Shown here: positions 26,498-36,005 of the stretch, in pieces
Numbering within the stretch: position 1 is the stretch's first letter
Layout of the letters: each line of letters begins with the position of its first letter
NCBI GenBank assembly: GCA_014729915.1
Contig: WJJD01000058.1
Span: 18,293 to 82,292, forward strand
From: Candidatus Woesearchaeota archaeon
GTDB taxonomy: Archaea > Nanobdellota > Nanobdellia > Woesearchaeales > GW2011-AR15
Direction of reading: 5' to 3'
Length of the DNA stretch: 64,000 nt
Program-made: the position numbers and the translations under genes
The notes under the pieces: generated by a model
Seen by the model: the letters and a program-made list of their open reading frames with translations, nothing else
Database searches by the model: none
Told to the model about the DNA's origin: nothing

Positions 26498-29400
26498 ATG
26501 GATATGAAAATATTAAAAAACATAGTTTGTGTCATTCTTATTATTTTATCAGCCGGCACTGTAATTTCTCAGATATCTTCGGATAGTGATATTATACAGC
26601 TGGAAAAACAAAAATTCAACCGTTTAGAAAAAATACAGATTACCGTAAAAAACCATTCAGAAAAAAGATTAGTGATTTTATCAGAAAACAATTTTTATTC
26701 AATAACAGATCTTAAAAAAACAAATACTTTTCTTCCAACAAACCCAGGAGATTATCAGATAAGGCTCCTGGATAAAAATCAGGAAATACTCTTTCAGAAA
26801 AAGTTTCAGGTATCAGGCAGAAAATCCGCTCATGAATCTTTCGGAACAATAAAAATCATAAATAAGGATAACAAAGAGATATTTTCTGACTATAGGTTTA
26901 TATCAAAAAACAAAATAATTTCCGAAAATGAATTAATTTCTCCCGGGAATTATGATATTGAGATAGAACCTGAGAATATTGATATTAAAAAAATTAAATT
27001 TAATAAATTTAATTTTACAGGCCGGTTTTATATAAAGCTTGACAAAATCAACATTAAAAAGATCAGCAATAAAAAAATTGTTAAAGCATTTGCGATTGAT
27101 TCAAACAACCTGAAATTTGAAGAAACAGAGATTACTGCACAAGCAAAGGGAACAGAACTCTGGAAATGCAGTGATTTTGATTTTTCAGGAGAGCTATGCA
27201 GCAGCAAATGGAAGAAAATAAAAAATATAATTCCGGGAAATGAATATTTTATAACTGTATATGACAAAACAGCAGGATTTGCTGAAACAGGTGTTGCAAC
27301 AGTTAACACTGAAAAACCAATTTATCATCCTGATGAGATTGTTAACATATATATGGTTGTACTTGATAATTCTGGATTCCTGGTGACAAATGCTCATTTG
27401 AATCTTGAGATTACCTCTCCAAAAAATCAAAAGTATAATCTGAAAACACCCGGGGATATTAAAGAGATTAAAAAAGGAATATATCGGGCTGAATTTTCTC
27501 AAATTTCTGTTCCGGGAAATTATATAATGAAAGTTATTGCAAAAGCAGAAAATACTGACAGCGATCTTATAAGTTATTTTACTGTAAGGGATTCTTATGA
27601 GTTTGATATCCTGAGAAATAATCCTTTGACAATTGATCCCTGGAAAGGTCCCTTTTTTTCATCAATTAGCATAAGAACATATGTTGATGCATCTTATTTT
27701 TCTTTCACAGAAATACTGCCCTCATCATTTACAATACATGATTCCGGAACCGGACTTGTCACAAATCATCCAGACCATAAAGAAATCACATGGACTGGCC
27801 TTGAAAATGATTCAGAAGTCTATTATACTGCAAATTCTCCTCTTAAGACACCTGAACTCTATGAGATAGGGCCTTCAAGAATCAATTACGATGATAAGAT
27901 ATTTACTGAAGCAAGACCATGGTATCTTGCTGTTGATCCTGTATTAAATATCAATGCATCCGGCTGCAGTAAACATTCAAATGCAAGCTCTTCAAATACA
28001 TTTGATGATGCCTGTTCTGATCCATATAATCTGAGCCTTGAAGATGGGAATTACCAGATTGCGGATGCACAGCAGGATGATTACTGCGGTATTGAGGCAG
28101 TCTATAATCAGGATCTTGAGGATTGTGCAAAAATCAACAGGGTCGATGTCTGCATAGACTGGTGGTTTACAGGGACAGTCCTGGAATGCCTTGGAGTGAA
28201 TTTTACAGGAACCGGGACATCAGGAACATGGTATACAAGCCAGCTGAGCAGCTGTCCTGAAGCTAACGGGGATATGATATGCTCTGATGAGACATCTTAT
28301 TTTGACTGGAACTGCAATTCATTTACAGGTGATAATGCAGCAATAAGAGCCCAGTTGAGAAGCCAGACAGACTCTTCCCACTGCATCTATGATGCAGTTT
28401 ATTTTAATATCAATTATTCTGCATATCCGAATATAACCGGCAATATAACAAACAACGGGCCTGTAATACAAAGACACAATATCACTTTTACCGGAAATTG
28501 CACTGATCTTGATCCCGGTGATAATTTCCGGCTCATCGTATGCAACTCTTCAACTTCTGAATGCAATGCAACAACAGCAGGAAATGATCTTATATGTAAA
28601 GGAGAATTTACAGATTCAAATTCCCCCAATTGCACGTACACTGCAGGATATGATGATATTGGTTTACATACAGGCGATATAGGTACCTGCTGTGATGCTG
28701 AGGGAAACTGCAATCCTGTTCTTCATGATGTTGAGGACTGGCAAATCTTATCAGGAACCCCGGATCTTACAACAGAAACACAATTTATTCATTTTTCAGA
28801 TGAATCTCCGTCTGAATCAGAAAACATAACAATAAATTCAACAATAAAAAATATCGGAAACGGGACAGTCTATAACATAACAATACAATTCTGGGATGAG
28901 CATCCTGACAGCAACGGGCTAAAAATTAACGGAAACAGGACAATAGATAAGATAATGGATAAAAAAAATAAGACAATAAATATAACATATAAATTCACAA
29001 GCCCGGGCCCTCATGAAATCTATGTATTAATTGATCCTGGAGAAGATATACATGAATCAAACGAAACAAATAATGAGATATATAAAGTTATCAATGTACC
29101 TTCCTGGCATATTTATTTTGGAAATTTATCCTCGCTGATTGTGCTCGGAGATGCAGAAAATAAGACAAAGATAACCTGGAATTCTGAAAATCCTTCGATA
29201 ATCTATATTGTTGAATCCGGAACTGATATAAACTGGGATAACCTGCAGGCACTTACAAGAAACACAACTGATGAATATGAGTTCAATGATTTTGAAGAAT
29301 TTGATGATATGCTAAACATGACATATTTTTCAGATTCTGTAAATAATACATTTACAATAAATTTCCAGCCCAAAAAAACAGTTTCTTTTGAAATTTATGA

Positions 29401-29650
29401 CAGGACAATAAATAATGTACCGATAATCAATTCAACAAATTCGTCAACCTTTGTTACAGGAGTTTTGTGGGATACAAATGACGGAAACACCCATTACAAC
29501 GGGACACAGGACATTGTATTTTTCACAAATTCAACAGAAAAAAAACAGGGAAAATACGGGACATATGATTATGAATTATCTGTACCCGCTCTTCTCAGAG
29601 AATACAAGCTAGGTTCTGATAAATTGACAATGTATGTTGAAATAAAGTAA
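26498..29650 (+). CDS. Secreted 1,050-aa surface protein with a signal peptide, a Cys-rich central region, a CARDB domain, and the same ~180-aa C-terminal tail as the giant protein
   Basis: N-terminus 'MDMKILKNIVCVILIILSAGTVISQ'. CARDB-like 'ENITINSTIKNIGNGTVYNITIQFWDEHP ... HEIYVLIDPGEDIHESNETNNE'. The tail '...VPIINSTNSSTFVTGVLWDTNDGNTHYNGTQDIVFFTN ... GTYDYELSVPALLREYKLGSDKLTMYVEIK' aligns with the giant's '...VPVINSTNNSNFMTGILWDKSDGNNEFNATQDLVFITE ... YDFEFKVPSNLKLYKQPDTTKVALYTELK'. Confidence 0.8.
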   Translation: MDMKILKNIVCVILIILSAGTVISQISSDSDIIQLEKQKFNRLEKIQITVKNHSEKRLVILSENNFYSITDLKKTNTFLPTNPGDYQIRLLDKNQEILFQKKFQVSGRKSAHESFGTIKIINKDNKEIFSDYRFISKNKIISENELISPGNYDIEIEPENIDIKKIKFNKFNFTGRFYIKLDKINIKKISNKKIVKAFAIDSNNLKFEETEITAQAKGTELWKCSDFDFSGELCSSKWKKIKNIIPGNEYFITVYDKTAGFAETGVATVNTEKPIYHPDEIVNIYMVVLDNSGFLVTNAHLNLEITSPKNQKYNLKTPGDIKEIKKGIYRAEFSQISVPGNYIMKVIAKAENTDSDLISYFTVRDSYEFDILRNNPLTIDPWKGPFFSSISIRTYVDASYFSFTEILPSSFTIHDSGTGLVTNHPDHKEITWTGLENDSEVYYTANSPLKTPELYEIGPSRINYDDKIFTEARPWYLAVDPVLNINASGCSKHSNASSSNTFDDACSDPYNLSLEDGNYQIADAQQDDYCGIEAVYNQDLEDCAKINRVDVCIDWWFTGTVLECLGVNFTGTGTSGTWYTSQLSSCPEANGDMICSDETSYFDWNCNSFTGDNAAIRAQLRSQTDSSHCIYDAVYFNINYSAYPNITGNITNNGPVIQRHNITFTGNCTDLDPGDNFRLIVCNSSTSECNATTAGNDLICKGEFTDSNSPNCTYTAGYDDIGLHTGDIGTCCDAEGNCNPVLHDVEDWQILSGTPDLTTETQFIHFSDESPSESENITINSTIKNIGNGTVYNITIQFWDEHPDSNGLKINGNRTIDKIMDKKNKTINITYKFTSPGPHEIYVLIDPGEDIHESNETNNEIYKVINVPSWHIYFGNLSSLIVLGDAENKTKITWNSENPSIIYIVESGTDINWDNLQALTRNTTDEYEFNDFEEFDDMLNMTYFSDSVNNTFTINFQPKKTVSFEIYDRTINNVPIINSTNSSTFVTGVLWDTNDGNTHYNGTQDIVFFTNSTEKKQGKYGTYDYELSVPALLREYKLGSDKLTMYVEIK

Positions 29651-29716
29651 GTTATCAAATTTTTCTTAAGCAAGATTTGATTATGAGATAATGTATATCA
29701 GACAAGAACACATATG

Positions 29717-29736
29717 AATTTCTGCTTGCAGAAATT
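29717..29736. terminator. Perfect 9-bp inverted repeat AATTTCTGC-TT-GCAGAAATT between convergent genes, followed by an AT/T-rich stretch. It is a candidate bidirectional terminator hairpin.
   Basis: Read directly at 29717..29736. It lies between the 3' ends of 26498..29650 (+) and 29743..30303 (-). Confidence 0.3.
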
Positions 29737-29742
29737 TATAAT

Positions 29743-30303
29743 TTACCATTTGATTCCGAAGTTCATGACTGGAAGATTTGAAAGATAAGGATTCACATTT
29801 TTTGCTTTTTTTAAGTTTTTAAAAAATCCGTTTGAATCATTCACTCCTACAAAAAATATCTCATCCATCTTTGTTTCAAGAATCAGCATATTCTCATAAA
29901 GCGCGCTTGCGATAAAAAGATTTCCGGAAAGTTCATTTTTGATCCTTTTCCATCTCATATAGCTCTTTGGGCTCCATGAGTTAAGCATGTTGATCCTTTT
30001 CAGCTGGTGCCAGCCAAACGCAAGATATTCTTCTCCTGTTTCAGGATTCCATTTCAGAACAATTCCGTTTTCAGTAAAATAGAGCCATTTCTCATATTCA
30101 TAATAAAGATTCAGTCCGATAAAAAGAAAAATAATTCCATTGATAACATAAAAGAGAGCAATAAACAATTTCACTTCTTCAAAACTTTTAAAAGCCAGAG
30201 GGATAAGCGGGGTTAGCATAAGAAGAAACAAGGTAGAGATTATAACAAAAAGATTAAACAAAGACATCTGCTTATCTTTCCACAGGATACTGTTGTCACC
30301 CAT
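29743..30303 (-). CDS. Hypothetical membrane protein with two N-terminal TM helices
   Basis: 186-aa ORF. Hydrophobic segments are 'LFNLFVIISTLFLLMLTPLIPLAF' and 'LFIALFYVINGIIFLFIGL'. Confidence 0.5.
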   Translation of the reverse strand: MGDNSILWKDKQMSLFNLFVIISTLFLLMLTPLIPLAFKSFEEVKLFIALFYVINGIIFLFIGLNLYYEYEKWLYFTENGIVLKWNPETGEEYLAFGWHQLKRINMLNSWSPKSYMRWKRIKNELSGNLFIASALYENMLILETKMDEIFFVGVNDSNGFFKNLKKAKNVNPYLSNLPVMNFGIKW

Positions 30304-30491
30304 TGTTGTTAGAAATTTAGAATATTGGGGTTTATAAAATTTTCTTTCATGGATGATGCAGTGTGTTATCTCGTAATTATTTCGCCTTGTTTATCATATC
30401 TTAAATACGTAGAATTTGTTTAATTCTATAATTAAAGAATTTTTCTATAAAAAAATATATATACATGCTCTTATAATTATATTATATTGGG

Positions 30492-31433
30492 GTGAAAATG
30501 GGATTTTTAAAAAATATCTGTCTGGACTTGAGTTTCCTTGATATCAGAAGACTCTTGAAAAAAAATAAAGAGTCTGAGGAAAAAACTGAAAATCAACAAA
30601 TAAAAGAACAGGTTTCTCAATCTGATGAACCAAGACAGCCTCCCCGACTACCAAGATCTCTATTTGACAGAAAATCAAATCAGGTTGCACCTCCTGAGAA
30701 AGCACCCTCTACTCTTCCCGAGATATCTTATGATTTTTTCAAGAAACAAGGAAAAAAGAAAAACAAACAATCTCTTAAATCAAAACCAATCCAAAAACAA
30801 ATAACAGAGGAAAAACCATTTGAAAAAATCCCTGTATCAGAGAATACATTTTTCAATAATCTTGTTTCAGATCTTAAAAAAGATTCTCTGGAATACAGGG
30901 ATACAAAAAATGTTATTGTTGATGATCTGTTTTCTTCAATGAAGGAATTTTGGCAAAACAAAAAATATGATAGAGGCAATAAACAAAAATTAAATTTTAT
31001 CAAAAAAGAAGTAGTTGACAGGATGCAGGAGCTTCATGAGCTTGAGGTCGAGTGGCAGAAATCCAAGATCACTCATGAAACTCTGGGAGATAACCTACAT
31101 AAAAAAGAATTGGAAATTGAATCAAAAATAAGAGAACTTAAAAAGATCTTTCAAAAACACCATGCTCATATGGAGGTTAAACAGGAACTTTTTTTTAATG
31201 TAAAAAACGGCATGACAATAAAATCACTTTCAGAACTTAACGACAAGCTCCCTGAAATACCTGATGAAGTATTTTTTTTTCATGTTAATGAAAACAAAAA
31301 TGATTTCTCTACATGGATAAATGATGTTTTTGGTCTCAAAAACCTGGCAAAAGACCTTTCTGGAGCAAAATCAAGAAATGAATTTTCAGAAATTCTTGAA
31401 AAACATGTTTCAGATGAGGATTTTTCCATTTAA
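30492..31433 (+). CDS. Soluble, charged coiled-coil protein ending in the conserved ~70-aa 'HVNE-KNDFS-W' C-terminal domain
   Basis: The C-terminus 'FFNVKNGMTIKSLSELNDKLPEIPDEVFFFHVNENKNDFSTWINDVFGLKNLAKDL' aligns with the C-termini of the products of 45052..47544 and 51965..54850. No TM helix is present. A TATA-like 'ctataaaaaaatatatatac' lies at about 30445-30464. Confidence 0.7.
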   Translation: MKMGFLKNICLDLSFLDIRRLLKKNKESEEKTENQQIKEQVSQSDEPRQPPRLPRSLFDRKSNQVAPPEKAPSTLPEISYDFFKKQGKKKNKQSLKSKPIQKQITEEKPFEKIPVSENTFFNNLVSDLKKDSLEYRDTKNVIVDDLFSSMKEFWQNKKYDRGNKQKLNFIKKEVVDRMQELHELEVEWQKSKITHETLGDNLHKKELEIESKIRELKKIFQKHHAHMEVKQELFFNVKNGMTIKSLSELNDKLPEIPDEVFFFHVNENKNDFSTWINDVFGLKNLAKDLSGAKSRNEFSEILEKHVSDEDFSI

Positions 31434-31585
31434 TAAAAACAATCAATTGATTTTTAAAAATATTTTAAATAATCAAATTTATTTTATTTTTGTTAAATAA
31501 ACTCATTTTGAATTAATTTTCGATTTTTAAAACCAAATAATTCTTATGAAATTTGTGATAAAAGAAAAAATTTAAATATAACTTG

Positions 31586-31672
31586 GTATACAATAATGTA
31601 TACTAAAATAAAAAAAGCAATATCTAGTATACAGAAATAATAAATAGATATTTTTGTATATTAAAATACACT
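31586..31672. promoter_or_regulatory. Cluster of GTATAC-centred inverted repeats in the leader of the 31710-35997 gene string. It is a candidate operator/promoter region.
   Basis: Three sites: GTATACA-ATAA-TGTATAC at 31586..31603, TAGTATACAG at 31625-31634, and TGTAT-ATTAAA-ATACA at 31656-31671. Confidence 0.25.
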
Positions 31673-31709
31673 TTAGCAAGCAGAAAAACATTAAGCAAGC
31701 AAGAGAACA

Positions 31710-31910
31710 ATGGTAACCTTAACAGAGTTTAAAAAGGAGTGGGTAAAACTTGTTTTTAATGAGACCCCGACTAAAGTAGTTGTTAAGCAGGGATACCTCT
31801 ATGATGATGGAGAATTCTATAAAGTGATCGGAGACAGATCAGAAACGCTTGTGCGCAAAGATAAAGTGATCAGTATAACTAAAAAATCTTTTAAAGGTGA
31901 TACAAAATGA
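31710..31910 (+). CDS. Small hypothetical protein (66 aa), translationally coupled to the next gene through an ATGA overlap
   Basis: ORF 'MVTLTEFKKEWVKLVFNETPTKVVVKQGYLYDDGEFYKV...'. Its stop overlaps the start codon of 31907. Confidence 0.4.
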   Translation: MVTLTEFKKEWVKLVFNETPTKVVVKQGYLYDDGEFYKVIGDRSETLVRKDKVISITKKSFKGDTK

Positions 31911-32734
31911 TAAAAAAAGATAGATCAGGAATTAGAAAAATTTTAGCTGTATTTTCAGCATTCATCATACTATCAATATTTGCTTATGCAGCATCAGATG
32001 ATGAGCCAATGCCACTAGAATCTCTCAATGCAACTGAAAACGAAAGGATAAATGTATCTCAGATACCACTTAAATCACATGATGCAGAAGCTGGTAATTT
32101 AACAAAATTGGTCCTATTCGGTAGATCTCAGACAAAGCACTGGCAGGGTTATTACGGAGACATCACAGGTACAATAACATTGGATGATGCTCAGAACTGG
32201 ACATTATATGACTGGGACAATCCTGAGCCCAAAGGAGAGATATATGCAGTAGCAAACACTTCAGGTACAACACCCTCCTGGAGTACAGTCGAATGCTTTA
32301 ATTATACTCAGGAAACAGCAGGAGCAGCATGGGCAAACGGAAACACTACACTTGACAGGTGGGAGACATATTACAACATGACGTGGAATGACGTTGACGG
32401 GATCAATGAGACATTCAATGTGACAACTCATCTTGGATTTTCAGTCGGCTCATATACAATAGATGCTGATTCTTGCCCTGCAACATATACGTATGTAAGT
32501 GATGCATATCAGCAGGACAAATTCAGTGAAATATTGCTCCAGACTGATGAAGCCCAGCTGGTCTTTGCAACAATCATTGAAAACGATGATGAAGCAAATA
32601 ATACAGACCCTACAGGTTTTGATGATGTAGCGCATGACTTCCAGATGCTTGTAGCTGAAGACGGAACGAGTCTTAGTGCAGGTGAGATCAATGAGGATCC
32701 CACAACTTATTATTTTTACATAGATATAGAGTAA
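31907..32734 (+). CDS. Secreted ~250-aa protein, paralog family P1, with a signal peptide and a C-terminus of ...TYYFYIDIE
   Basis: Signal peptide 'MIKKDRSGIRKILAVFSAFIILSIFAYA'. The shared core 'HWQGYYGDITGTITLDDAQNWTLYDWDNPEPKGEIYAV ... STVECFNYT' aligns with the products of 32802 and 36006c. It has many N-x-S/T sequons. Confidence 0.75.
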   Translation: MIKKDRSGIRKILAVFSAFIILSIFAYAASDDEPMPLESLNATENERINVSQIPLKSHDAEAGNLTKLVLFGRSQTKHWQGYYGDITGTITLDDAQNWTLYDWDNPEPKGEIYAVANTSGTTPSWSTVECFNYTQETAGAAWANGNTTLDRWETYYNMTWNDVDGINETFNVTTHLGFSVGSYTIDADSCPATYTYVSDAYQQDKFSEILLQTDEAQLVFATIIENDDEANNTDPTGFDDVAHDFQMLVAEDGTSLSAGEINEDPTTYYFYIDIE

Positions 32735-32801
32735 AAGAAAAAGATTTTTTCTTTTTTTCTATGTAAAAAAGACAGTAAAGCTATAACAGAGATCAACCAA
32801 A

Positions 32802-33560
32802 ATGGAAAAAAAAATAAAACATCGGGATTTTCAGGCAATTCTTCTTGTTTTATTTTTATTGATAATTTATTTTTCAATTGTTATTGCAGCTGAACCTGAA
32901 GGAGGCACAATTGATTTTAAATCAAATTCAACAAAAAATATTACTCCTCCAAGTTCAAGAAATGACACAAAGGGAACAATTACAACTATTGTTATGACAG
33001 CCACACAACAAAACACAAAATGGAAAGCATATGTCGGAAATGTGACAGGAACTCTTGTCTTGAGAGATGCGGCAGATTACAGTATTTATGAATGGACATC
33101 AATCGGAGATCCGACAGGAGAAGTATATATAACAAGGAATGATTCAATAGAATGGTCAAATATCAAGTGTGCAAATTCAACAATTATTGACAGTGAGCAG
33201 GTCTTTTTAAATCATTCACCTACATCCCGGGATAATATCAACAATACTTTTTCAAATCAGGCCCATGATTCATTCTGGGTTGGTGACGTTACCGAAATTC
33301 AAAACAGCACCTGTTGGGGTACAGCAACCTGGATAAATGATTCTTCCCAGACAATTAATGAAGATTCACTGTTCCAGGAGATATTATTGTATGACAATAC
33401 AAATCTTATATATACAACCATAATAGAACAGAATCTCCAGGGATACAGAAATGATTCCGCAACAACTTATGATTTCCAGGCAATACTTCCTGATAATGCA
33501 TTACCCGGAAGCACCGGACAGGTAACATATTATTTTTATGTTGAGATCGAGTCAGGATAA
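32802..33560 (+). CDS. Secreted ~250-aa protein, paralog family P1, ending ...TYYFYVEIESG
   Basis: Signal peptide 'MEKKIKHRDFQAILLVLFLLIIYFSIVIAAEP'. Core 'KWKAYVGNVTGTLVLRDAADYSIYEWTSIGDPTGEVYITRNDSIEWSNIKCANSTII ... NLIYTTIIEQN'. Confidence 0.75.
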   Translation: MEKKIKHRDFQAILLVLFLLIIYFSIVIAAEPEGGTIDFKSNSTKNITPPSSRNDTKGTITTIVMTATQQNTKWKAYVGNVTGTLVLRDAADYSIYEWTSIGDPTGEVYITRNDSIEWSNIKCANSTIIDSEQVFLNHSPTSRDNINNTFSNQAHDSFWVGDVTEIQNSTCWGTATWINDSSQTINEDSLFQEILLYDNTNLIYTTIIEQNLQGYRNDSATTYDFQAILPDNALPGSTGQVTYYFYVEIESG

Positions 33561-33561
33561 A

Positions 33562-34506
33562 ATGAAAAAAAATAAATTCAATAAAAAAACTTTAATGCTT
33601 ACGATAGGTCTGCTTATCTGCTTTATCTTTTTATTCTCCTGGCTTTCCTTATTAAAGATTCCAAAAGCAACAAGTTATCTAGGGGCTGATATAAACCAGA
33701 CACTAAATACAACTGTAAATATTACAAATGCACAGCCAGAAGTAAGAACCGTTGCAATGGATTCTCCTATTGATCTTGAGGCATACGGAAACAGAACAGT
33801 GTACTGCAATACAACTGTTTTTGACTGGGATAATGACACCCTTACTGTAAATGCCAGCTTTTACATTGAGGGCCTTACAGATCCATTTTCCTCTGTAGAC
33901 AATAACAATAAGTATGATAATGTAACCTGCACCAGAACAAGTCCGCAGGACAGGGAAATGAATTATACCTGTACAGTTGACATGACTTATTACACTGACA
34001 ACTCTTCGCAATGGAGATGCAATGTAACAGCAAAGGATGATGATAATGCAACTCACACCAATGTTTCGGATTATGCAGTAATAAATCCCCTGACAGCAAT
34101 CTATGTTCCCGGAGTCCTTGATTTCGGGGAGCTTGCAGTAAACGATATATCTGATGATAAATTGGCAAATATAACAAATGCAGGGAATAGGAATATCAGC
34201 ATTTATGTTGAGGGATGGGGTGCAGAAAAAGGAGACGGGCTTGCTATGAACTGTTCTTATGGTTCAATTGATTCAAGCTATGAAAGATATAATCATACAC
34301 AGTCCGGATTGAGCTGGGAAACTGAATTAAAGGAAGTTACAAATGAATCTGTAAGGATTGATGGTTTTACAGTATTTCACAGGTTTGATGATTCTTCTTC
34401 CTCTGGGTCAACAAATTCAACCTACTGGAAATTAAAGATTCCGGCTTTTGCAGGTGGTATTTGCAATGGAAAAATATTATTCACTGCAGAGGATGACGGA
34501 ACCTGA
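33562..34506 (+). CDS. Secreted/anchored ~315-aa protein, paralog family P2, with a 'LLKIP' motif after the N-terminal hydrophobic segment and a C-terminus of ...GGICNGKILFTAEDDGT. I start it at 33562 rather than the track's 33538.
   Basis: The ATG at 33562 immediately follows the upstream stop at 33558-33560 and yields 'MKKNKFNKKTLMLTIGLLICFIFLFSWLSLLKIP'. The protein aligns over its full length with the product of 54872..55780 and with the C-terminal ~300 aa of the product of 56694..60077: 'NQTLNTTVNITNA.PEV', 'PLTAIY[VI]P', 'NITNAGN', 'YWKL[KE]IP'. Confidence 0.7.
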   Translation: MKKNKFNKKTLMLTIGLLICFIFLFSWLSLLKIPKATSYLGADINQTLNTTVNITNAQPEVRTVAMDSPIDLEAYGNRTVYCNTTVFDWDNDTLTVNASFYIEGLTDPFSSVDNNNKYDNVTCTRTSPQDREMNYTCTVDMTYYTDNSSQWRCNVTAKDDDNATHTNVSDYAVINPLTAIYVPGVLDFGELAVNDISDDKLANITNAGNRNISIYVEGWGAEKGDGLAMNCSYGSIDSSYERYNHTQSGLSWETELKEVTNESVRIDGFTVFHRFDDSSSSGSTNSTYWKLKIPAFAGGICNGKILFTAEDDGT

Positions 34507-34515
34507 TTTTTTGAA

Positions 34516-35997
34516 ATGAGAAAATTAATTCATAATTCTGTTTATTTTATTTTTATAATAATTTCGATTTTTATCCCTGTTCTGGATCTTTTTAATATCC
34601 TTCCTGGAGATATAAGTCTCTTATCTAAAATATTGAATTGGATTCTTATAGGAATATTGGTATATCATTTAAGTTTTATAAAAGTTCTTTTTGGAAAAAA
34701 ACAGTATAAAAAAATAAAAGATTTAAAAATAAAATATTATATTCTGGACATAGCAGTCCTCCTGAGTTTCTATATGTTTAATATTTCTGATATAATTTCT
34801 TTTGTCTTAAACCATAAAAAAGAGTTTTTCTATTTTTCCAGGTTTGCCGGAATTATCTCAGGAAATTATATTTTTATTGAGATGTTTTTTTTTAATATTG
34901 CTGCAATTTTCCTGATTTGTGTTTCACTGGTTCTTGGTTTTAGGGTGAAATTCGGAAAGGATTCATTGATGTCTCTTCTTCATGAGGATATTTTGCCAGG
35001 GGGATTTGATAAGAGATTGTTTAGAAGCCTTTCAGTTCTTTTTGTATTGTCAGGAATCTATATAACCTATTTCAGCCTTGTTTTAGAATGGTTCTCTCTT
35101 GTTCTTGATCTTCCTTTTACTCTTGCCGGAATTTTTTTAATAATTTATACATTCAAGAACAAGCATAAGATAAAAGAAAACCAGATAGTTGAAAAATTGA
35201 CTTTTTTTTCAGAATTTTTTGAAGAAAACCTATTGGTTTTTTTTCATAAAAAAGAAAAAATAATGTTTACTTTTTCAGGTCTTTTAGTTCTTCATCTTTT
35301 CACAGATATATTTAATTTTTTACTGCCCTTTCTTACAGGAACCAGGTATAACCTATATTCCGCAATTCTCCAGAAAAACTTCTGGGTAGGAGATTTTATT
35401 ATTAAAGATTTGTCCCTTACAAATATTTTATCTATATTCTGGATTTATTTTCTAATTCTTTTTTTTTTTATCTGTCTTCTGCTTTTCCCAATATATCTTT
35501 GGTACATCTCACTGAATAAAGAAAAACTGAAAATTTCAAGATGGGCTGTTTCACTTTTCTTTTCTTCATTAGTAGTTATCTTAATAAAATCAAACATATA
35601 TTTTGATAGTCTTGGAACAAAGCTCGGACTGACAGGTGTTTATTTTTATTTTTCAAACAAGGCATCATTTCTTCTGGGACACAATTATCTCTCAATACTC
35701 ACATTAACAATCTTTGTTATGATATTTACAATGATAAGGTATCATACTTTAAAAAAAATTATTGAAATTATTGTAATCATAGCAATATTAATAGTTTTTA
35801 GTGAATATACATTGAAATTTTTCAAAAGCATCTTATTTTTTTATTTTGAATCAATTAACACATTAATTAACAATAATATGTTTTTCATACTTGTTTTCAT
35901 AATAATATTTTTTTTATGCTCAGTCATCTTTTATCTTGGTTCATATTTTGTTTTTATAAGCCAGACCATATCAACAATTAAGAGATCATATTTTTAG
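34516..35997 (+). CDS. Polytopic integral membrane protein with about 12 TM helices and unknown function, embedded in the secreted-protein operon
   Basis: 493 aa with more than 10 hydrophobic 18-25-aa segments. No catalytic motif was recognised. Its start lies 10 nt after the preceding gene. Confidence 0.65.
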   Translation: MRKLIHNSVYFIFIIISIFIPVLDLFNILPGDISLLSKILNWILIGILVYHLSFIKVLFGKKQYKKIKDLKIKYYILDIAVLLSFYMFNISDIISFVLNHKKEFFYFSRFAGIISGNYIFIEMFFFNIAAIFLICVSLVLGFRVKFGKDSLMSLLHEDILPGGFDKRLFRSLSVLFVLSGIYITYFSLVLEWFSLVLDLPFTLAGIFLIIYTFKNKHKIKENQIVEKLTFFSEFFEENLLVFFHKKEKIMFTFSGLLVLHLFTDIFNFLLPFLTGTRYNLYSAILQKNFWVGDFIIKDLSLTNILSIFWIYFLILFFFICLLLFPIYLWYISLNKEKLKISRWAVSLFFSSLVVILIKSNIYFDSLGTKLGLTGVYFYFSNKASFLLGHNYLSILTLTIFVMIFTMIRYHTLKKIIEIIVIIAILIVFSEYTLKFFKSILFFYFESINTLINNNMFFILVFIIIFFLCSVIFYLGSYFVFISQTISTIKRSYF

Positions 35998-36005
35998 AAA
36001 AATAA

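Noticed and set aside
33538-33561. ORF-track start at 33538 for the P2 gene (MLRSSQDKM...)
   Set aside because: It lies inside the upstream gene. The Met at 33562 follows the upstream stop directly and gives a normal basic n-region plus hydrophobic segment.
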